The notes below the pieces were generated by a model. The model did not search any database. It saw nothing but the letters and a program-made list of their open reading frames with translations, and was not told the origin of the DNA. A stretch of DNA of 64,000 nt. Source: Tubulanus polymorphus. Its lineage: Eukaryota > Animalia > Nemertea. Below are positions 1-14,354 of this stretch, piece by piece. The number at the start of each line of letters is the position of its first letter. Position 1 is the stretch's first letter. The DNA lies in contig NC_134025.1 of NCBI RefSeq assembly GCF_964204645.1, positions 1,550,001-1,614,000 of the forward strand, in the 5' to 3' direction. The position numbers and the translations under genes are program-made.

Positions 1-31
1 GAATTCGTTTATTTCATCATCACCACCGTGC

Positions 32-150
<119 letters not shown>

Positions 151-2533
151 AGCTGTAAATTGTTTTCTTCCTCGGGTAAAGCTTTAATAGAATGAGGAGA
201 ACAAAGAAAAATACTACGAAGAAAGAGATAAAAATGTATTCATTTTAAACCTGGATAGATTTCTGAGAATTGATTCGTCAGATGATATAAATCCGCAGTC
301 TCACTAATCGGTATACGTTTCAACAGCTACTTATGAAGCCCTTGTTAAAAACTTTTTAGAAAGTGCAAATGAAACGACTAAACGGAGAGTTCTTCTTTAC
401 TGACACCGTCACATCTACGACATCGCCTCTAAATGAGTTATTTTTATGACGTTTTCTGAGGCGTGAAACGTAGTTTTCTTGCACCAACTGTAAGTGATTT
501 CTCTTCAGTTGGTCGGTCGCGTGTAATACTGTTTTTTAGTTACTCGCGCCACGAGCTTCAGGTGATGATTGCCGATCGATAAAATCACCATGGAGATTGC
601 ACCAACATCAACTGCAAAACGAAAGAATTTTCGTGAAGGACTCGATGAAATTTTTCCCCGTTTGATACCGTGCCCTTTCTTTGAAGGGGTATAATTATTG
701 TAGGTTAGTTAATGCAGTGAATCCTATACGATGAATCAGTTCGTGTATTCCCTATCTCAATACCAGGTTTCTGTTCCTACTTTTCCCTGCCATTAAGTGT
801 TTTCCATGCGAATTCCTAAATCTTGGTAAAGTGGGTTCTTCTACCAAAAAACCCAGATTAAACAAAAACCCAGATTAAGTGTCGCCAATATTCTGAACTG
901 TGAATGTCGGCATGTTTCAGATTTCTATATCCTAGGTATAAGTCCTGGTACTGTCTGTCACCAAGGTCGTTGCCACGACTTGTGGAAGTGCATCATGTTT
1001 TGATGGTGAAAGTACCGGAAGAGGTTTTTTTCCGGTGGCTAAAGAAGAGTATATATATATGTCCCCATACTTAATGCTTTGTCCAGCCATCTTAGAGGAT
1101 CCTAACTTCAGCTCCGCCAAGATGAAAATTTGATTCCTACTTCCCTCTTTTCATTTTTCAAAAGGACCGCTCGACAGCTGGTCATGCGCTACAACATCTT
1201 CAATCACATTTTTCAATGTTCAAACAAGTTTAAACAGATTTTCTATAATCGTCATTTGTTTCTATTGTTTCTACGTTGTTGATCTGGTAATCGATACTGT
1301 AATCGATACTGTATCGATTACTGATTGATTTTCAGCTCAAATGAGATTTTGATATTTTTCTCACCGATAGTTTTGATATTTTTAACAGATCGATACTGAT
1401 ATATCGCAGTCTCCCCGGATTGATACCGATAGCGCTATCTGCGGTATCAGGTGTCGTATCTGTATCAGTTTTGGTGACTGATTACCGCTTTACGCCCAAC
1501 CCATTCCCTCGATATTCTAATCCGCGTCGCGACTATTTTTGTCTAATGTCTCTCATCTCTAGACGAAGTCGGGTTCAGTAAGAATAAGACACCGAAACTA
1601 TATTCATTTATAACAAGTCGAAGTTGCTATCAGACAAAGTGCACGGATACATTGATACTGCTGCTGAGGAGGGAAAATGAGGAGGGACGGGGATGAGTGT
1701 ACGTTTTAACGGATGCTTAATGAACCCTGAATACGCTGGGTATTCAACGCTAAGCTTTACCCTCAAACTCATTAATATTTCACCTAGGTTGATGGGTTTC
1801 TGTGTCAATGTCAGATAATCCTCCAGCGGGTTTACGATTCAAGCCGATCAATAAATGATTGAAATAAATATTATATAATACGAGCGTGAAATGGTTTGAT
1901 GGAAGCTCGATTTTAATTCCCGGCGGTGTTCAATCTATCTGTGATCATCAACTGGCTTTTATGAATATTTCACAATATGTGGTTCGAACTGTGAATAATG
2001 AATATAAACAACATTTCACTGAGTGAATTCTCTGATGTTTTCCTACGTACTTCATCAGTATTTCATGTAGAGATCACTGTTTCACGCAGTCGGCAGTGTG
2101 AATGTATTTATAATGAGATGATCGTGTTAGCCACAAAGTGGTCGCAGTCGCCGTTCTACCAAATATCCTTCATCTTCTAAACGAGCACCAATCCTTGATA
2201 GTGAGTGTGTTATATAATATTAGAATGGGGTACGACTGGTGTATACCAGATGGGGCGACAATGCGCTGTGTTATCCTTGTGAAACTGTTCATTTTCAATG
2301 AAATGTCAAGTGTTTAATCCGAGTCTCAAACAAGTCTCATATAGATATAAGATTTGACTTTCTCACTCAGTTTATGGTATATATTTCACAAAAAAATTGA
2401 TTTACCAAACGGAGAAGTTGATTTTAATTTAACTCAAATGTAGAAAAAATTGAAGCGCCAAATCCCAGTAACATCAGCGACACCTGGCAGTTCCTCGAGG
2501 AATTCTTGCTCGCCAAAGTATGCCAGGGTCTAT

Positions 2534-2630
2534 GATATATCCAGGAATGAAAAGTTACCTGAAGTTCACAACATTAACATCTGACGCTGTATTCAAGTCG
2601 TCGAGGTAACTTTTCATCCCTGGATTTATC
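2534..2630. repeat. Short inverted repeat (27-bp arms), possible MITE remnant
   Basis: gatatatccaggaatgaaaagttacct ... aggtaacttttcatccctggatttatc, 2 mismatches, ~43-bp spacer. Confidence 0.6.
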
Positions 2631-3221
2631 AAAAACTGTACAACATACATGACAATAGTGCCAGTACCCCATTAGAATAATGTTTTATCTATTCATGGTT
2701 ATATCTGGATCGAAATGTATGAATAAACTAACAATGAACAGATAGAACCGGTTTAATGTTCTAAACCAATCATTATCTGCCCTGTGTTTATCACTAATAT
2801 CTGAGATCTATGATCAATAGACACATTTTTACCTAAAAAAGCACTTATGTGATGATAATAATATAGTTTATTATTGATATGAAAATGGCCGCAAACTCTG
2901 GGTTTTGTTATTCAAATATCATCCACCTCAAATTATCTCTTACCTGTTGAAACCCATTAATCTGTCCATAAGCCACAGCGTTTTGGCTATTTCCTAAAGG
3001 TCCACCTGATTATGGCTGTTAGGAAACAGGTGGTCGTCTCAGTGAATATTGCTTAATTACATCGAATTAAGAATAGTTATATGGAGAAGCTGTGTGTTAA
3101 CCTGTTCTGGTGTTAAATCGGTTAACGTTAAGACTGCTGGTAAAATCAGGTTTATAGGACTTTTACCTGATGAGGCTAGTATGCAATTCTAATAAAGCTT
3201 GTATTTTCGATAAAATCAAGT

Positions 3222-3483
3222 TTTAGTTAGTTAATAGGCATAGGTCTAGATAGACAATAGCGCAGAGCTGGGCCACCTCCTGATGTGACTACGAAGGCCC
3301 TCTCTAGAATGGTAGTCTTCCTTGCCCTGAGGGGGGTGGGGATCATAAATAGAGATGATAGGCATCTGATGCTCTTTCCTTGTACACTTGGTTGTCAGCC
3401 GTTCTCTGATCTGGCTCTTTAAGCTCCTTGTATAGATGAATCTGGTTGCTACAACACTGGACCACTAACATGCACTCCCATGT
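3222..3483 (-). mobile_element. Degenerate 3' end of an RTE-clade-like LINE
   Basis: Minus strand reads ...GKEDYHSREGLRSHIRRW, resembling the C-terminal SRIGLxSHxR motif of RTE ORFs, then a short UTR ending in a TAAC-type tail; stops present. Confidence 0.45.
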
Positions 3484-5036
3484 ATTACCTTTCCTACAGT
3501 TATAATGAATTTTTTCACATTTAAAGATTTAACATGCGTAGGATTAAGCTATGCACCGGTAACCTCTTCGCTGGGAGATTTTTCTATATTTTTTTATGAT
3601 CGACTTGTGACTGGTCGATGTTTTTCAGACAGGGATTATATCTCACCGAATCGGTAGTGGTTGAACGGAAACTGTGTAAAGCTTATTGTCGATACTGACT
3701 GAAGAAAACCAACCCGGAAACAGTGAAACCCGTTTCTGTTATGAGCTGTGTGGCAGTGGTTGTGCCAGCGGTGTCTAGGTAACATAAATCCACTGCATTC
3801 ATCAATGATCTAAAGAATTATCGGATTACCGTTCATTTATTGATTCTATGATCAATGTTGCGTCGGGCTGATTTTAAATATGTCAAACGGAAATGAGGTG
3901 AACTCGGTTTTAAAGACGCCGAGACCTGCGGGTGAATATCGCTGTCTCTATATCAGACACTACTAAAACGTTGCCTGGGAGTAATCCATGTCTGGTTATA
4001 ACCTCAGGAGTGACGACAACGTTTCTATTGTATTTCTTCGATACGCCTACGGATGAAAAGAAACTTCCAGTTCATTTCGTAACATGTTTCAATTGTGATG
4101 ATTTCTTTTGGCTTTCAGTTGATATTCGTAGGTTTTGTAATGTTATCCGGAAGCGTGTGACTGGTAACATCTGCACACTTGATCGCTCGCTAGCGCGATC
4201 TCCTCTTATAAACCTCACATCAATAACTTCACCAATGTTCAAACTATTCTCAACTTCACATCGAACCGAGTCGATCCTATCGTGTGAATATATGAACTTT
4301 AACCCGTTAGGTTGTTAGATCAATTACTGCATTCAGAAGAAGTTCATCTTTCAGATTGTAAGAACCATTTTTTGCTAAATTCTATCCCTATACGCTCACG
4401 GAGTGGCATTGATTCGTTCCTTCCTCTGACCTCACCTTCCCCGTTCCTTTCCAGACATCGAATTCTTCTTATATTGTTTGAATTGATCCTCACTTGACAT
4501 TTATTAATATTATCCACACGGCTGTGAGTCGTTACTTCAAGTAGACGTCAAATGCATCATCAAATTGATTGTCATCTTAAGTGCTACTGTCTTTATTTAT
4601 GTCAATAGCAATGATATAGATGAAACAAGATGTTCCACTAGATAAATGTCAGCGTTTCTCTGTCTCGCGTATTTAGTATTTTTGCGTTATTTATCAGAAG
4701 TAGATGGAACAGACAATGAATACTGAAAGAACATTATTTATCGTGCATTGATCATCGAAGAATTTCTATCGCGTGTTATTTTCCTATTTTCTCATTTATT
4801 TTTGCGTAATAATAATTCAGTGATTATCATTTACGATTTGTCTTCATTTTCGTCGTGATGATTTATTAACATTTTCAACGTGTGCCGATAAATGGAGCAA
4901 AAACTTGGCATGTGCTTCGTGACAAAAACTTCAATGAATCATCAGGTTTTCTTTTCCAGTTTATATATTCCCAATGCAATTCGCAATTCAGACAGTTCAG
5001 TGTCATTGACATTGACTTTAAGATCAGTCTCAGCAT

Positions 5037-5081
<45 letters not shown>
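5037..5081. repeat. (CAG)15 microsatellite
   Basis: Direct read; explains the spurious poly-S/A/L ORFs at 4875-5258. Confidence 0.95.
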
Positions 5082-5082
<1 letters not shown>

Positions 5083-5799
5083 CTGTAGCAGGAATATCGA
5101 TGTCTGGTTTTACTGTTTCCGGGATGTTGCGTTTGAATCACTCCTCCACTGATTACTAGTGTGAAATATTTCCTCGAGTGTTTTTCAGTTATTGCTGATG
5201 ATGTAACTTTATCCCGAGTACATTCATTAAGGGGGGCACATATTTCCTTCCTGTACATTATTTGATGTGCAATCGGTCGCTTGATTTAATGATTAGCAAT
5301 TGAATAGTAGTTTATCATATTTCACACTGATTGCTGTACTAATGATTCTATGATGCTGTATATCAGTAATGTCTACACTGATAGAATTGATAGCGTTATC
5401 ATTCTTCACTAGTTCAATAATACGTGAATCTAGTCTAATTAATGATGTTTGATGATAAACTGTTCCCCGGAATAGGAAGGCGCTTGGGTTTTTTTCGAAG
5501 ATATTTCTAGAAAGCTGAAACGGGGAGCATCTAGGAAAAATTGAAAGATGTGGGTCATAAAGAAAAGGAAGGATAAACAGGTTCCTTTCAGTGTTAGAAA
5601 CTTTTTGAAAAGAAACAATTTCCGTGAGAATGAGTTGAAAATGTGCAGGTTTTTGATCTCTTTCCCTTGACATGAAGGCAACCTCAATCGATCTTAAAGG
5701 TCTGAACCCAGAAACTCCATGCTGAGCACAGACTTGCTTGGTTTTCGCCATAATATTCCTATAGTTAAAAATGATGAATTCAATTTTTCAATTTTTCAG

Positions 5800-8700
5800 G
5801 GTAAATTAGGAGAACTTCTTCTGTCGTTGTGTTATCAGCCAACAATCGGTAGAATCACAGTAGTCATCATGAAGGGACGTGATCTTAAAGCTAAAGACAT
5901 TATAGGCACCTCTGGTAAGTGACTATCTAAACTGTGATCGATTGATGCCCGAAATTCAAAACGTGAAATGAGTTGGAAGAAGAGAGAGAGAGAGGTATAC
6001 ATAATGTAATTGATCTGTGATATGTTATCGTCAGGGTAATATAATAATATCAGGTCTCCTCGGTACATGTATTGATTCCCCATATCTTTTTTGCTGGAAT
6101 CGCGTCTAGGAACAATAATATACTGTTGATATATGATATTTCGCTCAATGTTCGCTGAACTCAATAATTCATCGGTAACACCGGTAATGGCTAAAGACGT
6201 AGTAAGGCGGGATGGACTCCTTAATATAAACTCCTTCTAGATTTCTAGTTCACACACTGCGTTGTTGGTATAGGTATGTACTGCTAGTTGTGCACCTGTG
6301 AATTGTATAAAGACCACATCAAACATGGAAGAATTGTGGCCGCCTATTCTTGGATTAAGAATTCTTCCAAGACTGTTATATTATTACGATGAGACTTGAC
6401 AAAGTCATTGGTATGAATTTGTCTTTGTGCTCCAGTTATTTGAGTTCTTTTTGTCAGGAGGGGAGACTGTTCTAGCTATGGTTTATTGTTAAGAAAGTTG
6501 AAATATGATTACTAACGCATTAAATCAAGAACTGAAAATTGGTTCAATGTCCCCCCTCCTCCTGCACTCAGACATGTAGATATAATGAGATGAAATCCTG
6601 CTATATACAAATGAAAGAGATTGAAATTCGCCGCTGACGTTTTCTCTACAGACAGAGTCCGAAATGTTACAGTCATTTTTCATTTTAACTCGATTTTAAT
6701 CTTTTAGATTTGTATATTGTGGGTTCTAATTCTAAGAACTAAAGAATATTCAAAAGATTGAATGCATTCAGTTTTTCTTCAATAGATTGTCAAAAGTAGA
6801 ATTAATCGATTTAACCTATCTTTAAGCTATCTGTCAGTCAGTCGATTACTACAAACATTCGAAAATTAGGTTTTACCAGAGTCTCGAGAGCTTTAGACTC
6901 TAGCTCTTTATCAGAAGTTAATTAAACTGCGAATCGGTAATTAGCGGAATAAATCTTGAGTAATTATACAAGGAATACTGCATGTGAATTCTATACAGAG
7001 TCAGACAGATTTCAGCGCGCTTCAGATGAATTGACGCAGATATTAAACTCTTTCTGAATGAACTGAAAAATCGAATATCTTATGAATAAAGTTTATTGAT
7101 CAGTTTGGATTCAAGCGTAATTTTTCTTTAATTTTCTGAAATTAAACTTTAGCGATTTTATTCAACGAAACCTTAAAAATCAAAAATTATATTGGCCCGT
7201 TGTACGTGACCTGATATTGATAAAATAGACACTATATAACTATATACATATCCAACTCAATATCGTTTAAGTCGGACACATTTTCCAGTAGTTCTGACTT
7301 GAGCGGAATCTACTGTAGATTGTAAGTATTTGTAACTATGAAAAATCAGATAGAACGAATAAAATCAGTTTTATTTCAGATCAGAAATATTGTATTCATT
7401 GCAGTATAACATAACCCATGAAATATAGATTTTTGATATAACTGTTCTATATTCATTGATCCCATCCTCAGGTACTCTAGAATATGTTGAACGCATGTTT
7501 AATACTGGTAAATATTTCAGCTTTACTGAAGAAACTGCAGCATCCACTAACTACAACCTTAACTGCAACTTCAGGTATTTTGCTCTCAAACATCAAATCA
7601 TAGGATGAACTGCTGCTGCCGCTGCTCCTGCTACTGTTTCATTATTACTGCCATAAAATACTACCATTGAAACCAGTGTCAGTTGATTTTGGTTCAATCA
7701 GCTGATCTATTTGAAATTGGTTTTTACAACTAAACCTTTGTATTTGAAAATGCTATCTAAATGCTTGCTATAAGAACAGATTCTATTTCAAGGACAGATC
7801 ATGGGAATGTCCCAGGGGTCGACATGAAGGGCCTCAAAATGTCAGCCTGAAAAATTCCTGACCTACCTTTTCCAATGAAAACACAATGTACATACACATG
7901 CAATTGTCCCCGGAATCCTGGAGCTGCTTGTAACAAAATTGTCAAATTTTTGTTTTAGCCCGTCCTTTTAAACCCTTTCATATTTTCCTAGATCTGTCCT
8001 TGTTTTTATTATCGCCAGTATAAGATGATAGTAATTTGTTGCCGGGACTGGAGTTCTCAGCTGTACTGGTATAACGGTAATGGGTCTTCAATTCATAAAC
8101 AACCTGTTATGAGGCAAAGGCAAGCATGTAATATCTCTCACTTACAGCGACTCAGTATCCGACCGAGCGAGCGCTCACAAATAAACATGAATCATTGAAG
8201 TATTAAATCAGAAAAGTGCTAAAACATTAGCACATCGTATATAACTACTCAGAACTAATGGTTCATCGTAATGACCATATTTATTGAGTCATAATTTGAC
8301 TTCATAAACGACAAATTCATCTTCAAAGTCAGATTATAATGTTTTCGAATCAAATTATAAGTTGATCGTTAGATTTTAATGATGTCATATTTACTTCTGC
8401 ATGATTATATTAGAACGTGATATTATAGTTATATATTCCATCAATATTATCATCATAATCTCATAATGATGTCGTTAGTTGAATAAGTAAGGCATTTAAT
8501 CCATATACAAGTTCAGCATAGTATTAGATTTGATAAATGGATTTTAGACATGGTATGTGATATAGCTACAGAGGCTTTTACTCCGTCACTGTCCATTTCT
8601 TCGAGCTAAACCCTGTCTTCTATAACCATCAATCCATATCATTATATGACTTACGGCATCTGCCAGGTTAAAGGGATATGCGTCAAATCAATGTCAATAT

Positions 8701-11028
8701 ATTTCTGCTTCAATCTGTAGGCTAATTACCTGCTTTTATACATATATATACATGCATACGATACGATAAATTCTATTTACTAAAGATTTTCTATGTTAAA
8801 ATGCTGTATAAGTGATTATGAATTCTCTGGTGATCCCTCGGCTCTGGTGAATCCTGAATAGAAACCTATTTCTCATTTCATCAGATCATCAGATCATACA
8901 ACGATGCTTAAAGCTTGTATCGTTATACTGTGTGTAAATCAATTTTTCTGCCATATTGCTACCGTGTCAACTCCTGTGGCTACAAATACTGACATGATAA
9001 TGCTTTCATGAGGTTCTACCTCTTGCATGTAACCAACAGATTGTTCGTTCTATTGAAGTCCCAGAGAGAGTCAGTCGGTGTCCTTAGAGTCATTATTGTG
9101 GAGTTGGAAAAGGTTACTAAACCTAAGTTTTGGTCAGTCCATTTTGATTTGGTTGGTCCGTTTCAAAATGGAACAGACCAATTTAACGATGTTTTGACTA
9201 GTTTGAATAACAATTTAGATTTAGAACTTCCTAGACATGGTGGAATGCGGGTATAACATCCAGGAACTATAATCAGCATATCATCTATTACAACGCACTG
9301 ATTTTTGTGTACCATATCAGGGCGGAAATATTACGCATTTTTTTCACACAATCAATATTGGAATAACAGAAGTTAATAATAAAACTTGGCCTGATTTCAA
9401 CACTTGTGGCAAAAAGTATAAATATCATAGTTTAAACTCGGCAAAATCTTCGATGAATACTTCATAGAATAGACGCTATGTCGCTATTGTTTTATGTATG
9501 AAGGGAGATAAGCATAAACAACAAGATGTTAGAGATCAGAATATCCATGTATTATTACAGATATACAATACTCATGAGACCAATGTCTTATATATCATAT
9601 TTCGGTGTATTGTGATCTTGTCACATTGCTTCAGACTATCTTCTCTATATTTCTCTATAGATATATCCAGCTTTAGTATATCTAATTCCACAGTGGTTGA
9701 TTTAGTTCGGTTCCAATGTCTCAGCCCTAAAGTCTTATTAAACTGAGGAGAACTCTACCTATTGCGCTCCCATGATCACACACGCATTTTTGACGTGGGC
9801 CAACTGTTCATTTTGATGCCAATTGGGCCCATGCCTGTTTGACACTTGCTAAGTGTGCATTGAATTATTGTAAGTGAATGCTGGTTCTCGAAATGACTTG
9901 CCTCACTTGCCACAGCATGGTTTTGATAGTGTTTTAGTAACGAGTGAGTGATTTACGCGTAGTTTGATAGGCATGGGCCAAACCTGACTCCGTTCTGATG
10001 TGTGATCATGCCTTTGATTAATATCTGACTGTATGGTTAAAACAGTGGAACTGAACGGAGATCTATGAAATGGCAGCCCTGGCTGATGTATAGTACTGAA
10101 TGAGGGCGTAACGAATTACGGAAGATGTCAATTACATCTATGAATAGCTGCTGTATAGTGATTATCACTGTTGTTTCAGTTATTTTTTTTCCTCTCATGT
10201 CTATTCAAATTCATGGCGTTAGACCCTGTAATACCTTAGAGCCATATCAGCCCTGTAATATCTCACAGAGCCATATCAACCCCGTAATACCTTATAGAGA
10301 GCCATATCAACAACATTTTATCACAAAAAGATCTGGTATTACCAGTTTGGTAATAACAAACCTTCCATAAGTTCTGTATACGTAATAAAGGGTCGCTTCG
10401 TTACAATTTAACCCTTCCGTGCTGACAAATCAATTCCCAAAAGTGCTGGAGATGGATTTTTAAAAATTCCACTCCAGTGTGTTGAAAAAGGGCATACCAG
10501 TATAGTGCATCTACAGCGCGGTGCGGTGTATTGTAAGTTGCTAATACTTCACTACGTTTGAGAGGTGCTGCCATCTTTCAGTAGAGATAGAAACTAATCA
10601 CTAATATCATCAATACACCGTAATGCGGTGTACTAGAAAAGTCATCACCAGTTTCTACACCGCACCGCATTGTCAGTGAAACTTTTTCAATGATGAAATC
10701 GATATGATTTATATTTTCAGATCCGTACGTGAAGATCTGGTTACAATACGGAGGCAGACGCGTCGAGAAGAAAAAAACAACGATTAAAAAACGAACTCTT
10801 AATCCGGTTTACAACGAATCGTTCATATTCGACGTGCCGTTAGAGAAAATCCGAGAAACAAGTATGGCCATAACTGTGATGGACTACGACAACCTGTCGA
10901 AGAATGATCTCATTGGTCAAATATTGATCGGTCCGAAATCAGGGCCAGCCGAACAGAAGCATTGGAACGATATGATCGCTAAACCTAGACAGGCTGTAGC
11001 TCAGTGGCATATCCTTAAACTATTATAG
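5800..11028 (+). CDS. SYT7: Synaptotagmin-7, last two coding exons (C2B domain); 5' part outside window or not located
   Basis: Exons 5800-5914 ([14 protein letters not shown]...AKDIIGTS) and 10721-11028 (DPYVKIWL...RVEKKKT...LNPVYNESF...[13 protein letters not shown]), canonical AG/GT, phase-1 join gives SDPYVK; C-terminus closely matches Syt7 as recalled. Confidence 0.92.
7789..8002. mobile_element. MITE-like element (CA(A/G)GG.C.GATC-type ends)
   Basis: Terminal inverted repeat caaggacagatc / gatctgtccttg; no clear TSD. Confidence 0.5.
9771..10010. mobile_element. MITE-like element
   Basis: Ends catgatcacaca / tgtgtgatcatg. Confidence 0.4.
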
Positions 11029-13427
11029 AATAGATGGGACAGATTCATTATCATCAGAGAGTGTCACTGATTTAATGGTGTGTATAATGGCTGTTGTTGA
11101 GACGTGATGAAGTCGCCAGCGTTTGGACACTTCGATTACAATCCGTTTATAAGGACCTGGTAATGATACTGTGGCAAGTGATGATCCACCAGATGGCGCT
11201 TATGCTAGATTTCTTAAAATCAATCGAAGTCTGTTGTTAATTTCCTCAAATGCAATGAACAAAGAAGAATGTGAAGTTTTGGAGCGACTTCAGGTTAGGG
11301 GACATCAGTATATCCCTTATAACCATAACCATAATTCATAGCGGCACTATAGGTCCTAAAAACTTAATCAAAAATGAACTAACGTTGATGAGAAGTATGT
11401 CTGACATTTTAGTGGCATCATTTGGAGGTGGCATGCGGGGTCCTCATGTCGAGGTATAGAGTGCACGCATGTCTATATGTATTGAATTGCCACTCATATA
11501 TTTGAGATTTTACTACAATAAACCACCGGGAATAAAACGCTTTTAAAACTCGCTGGTTTTAACGAAAACGTTGCAAGCAGCTCACTTTTAAAAATCTAAC
11601 ATATACAAACGAACGAATAACCCATCTTTATACAAAACCAGATACTAACCGAATACTTGATTTTAGACGCTTGCGCAGTTTAGAGTATTCACTTTTTCAT
11701 CTTATCACGTGAGATTGGTGGAAGAAAACCAGACAGTAATTGTTAGAAAGTAACCGGTTATTGCAGGTGTCACTTTCAACGTACCAACAGAAATGAGCAC
11801 AAAGATGCACTACTCACAGTATCTGCTATTTCGATTCTTCATTTCTTAACTAATACAGTCTTATAGCAGCTTTCTTCTTACATAGTGTAATTTATTGTGA
11901 CAAAAAGTACAAACAAAGTAGATGAAATAGTACAAACAAAGTGACTGCGGACAAAAAGGCACCCGATATTTCGACTGTAGTATGCACTACACGCATTATG
12001 GTCTACTAATTTTTTATTAGGTCCAAATTTGTATTACAAGAAATGTTATACGAAGTGACGAAAATATTTCATTAGATTTGTTTTATTCACTATAGCGCTG
12101 GCGGTCAAGCTTTTATAGTTGTACGTGTATTCTAAAACTAAACAATAGATTTTAGAAAAAAAAAACTATTTTCAATTATGCGAAAAATAATGAATGGGAA
12201 ATTTTTAAGTTAATTATATTTTATTCTCTATTTGTCGAGGGGAATAAAATGATGATCCAAGCAGATTGTGAAGAAAAAAAATATCAGATTTCATTTCATC
12301 GACGTTGTGTTTGAATTATCATTGTGATCAATACGTAGGAATAGTTTTACTTTTATATTCTAATAAATCCGAAATTTACCGAAGTTTACTTTTATTTAAT
12401 GCGAAAAAACCATCGAAGATTTTATAGAATATTTTTGTTGAATGCGTAGTTTTAATAAGATTTGAGTTCGGTAAAATGATTATAGATGGCGCCAAACCGC
12501 GGTAACAGAAAAACCAAATGAGATATTGTTATTTTTAAAAATGAATATCAATAATGTTTTATGCGTTTATGATAGTTTTCGTCACAAAACTCAATCGTGT
12601 ATTAAAATATATATTATCAAATATCATTAATTAAATCATGCATGTTTGTGTTAGTAAGATAGAGATACGTTACGTAATACTGACAGTTCATTAACTGGAG
12701 CAGAAAAAGTTAACTGCGAAAATGACATTCCCGAAAGTAAATAAAACCCTGCAGTTTTGTCAATAACTTTGCATTTATTGAATTAACGATTTGTATGAGT
12801 TGAAATATATGTATTTTGATAAAGATAATTTTAATGTGAATATTAGTTTGTTCCCACCGATATATGAATTACCCATACAGATTCAAATTTCAACGGTTCC
12901 CTGGTTTCCATTGGCAGTGAACTACAGCCAAACTCGCTGAAGTCGTCAATAAGTAACGTTTTATCCGGTGACAACTTCAACAAGTTTGAACTCTCGTGAA
13001 ACTTGATTCAGACTCATATACATACGAGGCTCTCATCGGGTGCGTTAATGAACAAATCAAATTAATTCTAAATATAATTATGTCGATAAATATTTATCTA
13101 GTGTAAATATATATTGTGGTAAAAAAACACTTTGCAAGAGGAATAATATGCACTTAATGTATATGCTTATGTCATATCAGTTATCAGTGAATTGCAGTTG
13201 AACCCGGAATCGATGTTACCAAACTTCTATTTATATCAATTATTCACAAGTTACTCTGAATACAGATTCATTTTATGAGAAAAAAATAATTAATTTTGTC
13301 TATTTATCTGTTGCTAGTCGTGTACGGATTGACATGACTTTTATCTGGGCGCCGTTCTGTTTACAAGTGTGCTTTAATTGCAGCATGTTATTTTGTCGTA
13401 CGAATCACGTGTGAAATTGAATCATCA

Positions 13428-13474
<47 letters not shown>

Positions 13475-13483
13475 TATTATTAT
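13428..13483. repeat. (ATT)n/(ATC) microsatellite
   Basis: Direct read. Confidence 0.9.
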
Positions 13484-14212
13484 TACTTTTATTATTAATA
13501 TATATGTAAACACGGGATGTATAAATATTCTGTATAATTGTAATATGTGCAAATTTGTATACAAAAAAAACAATATTATGAATACTGTACAAATAGACAC
13601 TATATATTATATATATATACATATATATTAAGTATATTATTATATAACCAGAAAAAACCTGTTGTTTTTGTTTTTCGAAAATAGTGTCCAAATAAATGAT
13701 GCTTTTTGAACATGCAGAATATGAAATTAATGTTCAATAAATACTAGTTATGTTAATGATTTGAGTTGTATTGATTTAAGCTCGTTTGAAAGAGGAATCA
13801 ATTCCGCTGGGACTGGGATCCTTTCGGTATCAAACCTCCTCTAGCTGTAGATGTCTGACTCGTGATGGGTCCTACTGGGGGTATCGCAGCCTGAGATAGA
13901 TGGAAGATGATAATGCTGAGTAGGATTAACTGATGTGTCCCGGGTTTGATCCTAGGAGAGGGTGCTCCGAACCCCTCTCAAACGTCGAGTTGCCCTGCAA
14001 TTTCACAGGAGAATGAAGAATAATGAACTGGTAGCAAAAAGTTTAGATTCAGAAGTTCTCTTTATTTCCAAAATGAGTTAATATTTTCCGAAGAGCTTTT
14101 CCGGGTGACTGCCCTATTTCGGGGGTGCGCCCCTTCCTGAATCAGACCATAGAACCGCCCCAGTACTGATAGCGTTTCCGTGTGTTCCATAAAATAAACA
14201 AATGATAAACAG

Positions 14213-14354
14213 GATTGTCCCGGGTTCGAAGCTGATCAGATCTCTAATTACGATATGTTCGCTATCTATTGGAATTTCGCTGAACTAACAAATCTTTGAA
14301 ATTGATAATAAGCGTAAAAGTTTTCAATGAGCTACATTTCACCAGCGCCATCTA
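14213..14354 (+). repeat. Dispersed repeat copy 1 (SINE-like; second copy at 23675-23811)
   Basis: Shared blocks gattgtccc..gttc.a..ctgatc, gatatgttcgctatctatt.gaattt.gctgaact, gcgccatcta; B-box-like ggttcgaagc. Confidence 0.65.

Noticed and set aside
4875-5258. Overlapping ORFs with poly-L/S/A
   Set aside because: Artefacts of the (CAG)15 microsatellite.
13388-13691. Poly-I and poly-N ORFs
   Set aside because: Artefacts of the ATT microsatellite and AT-rich sequence.
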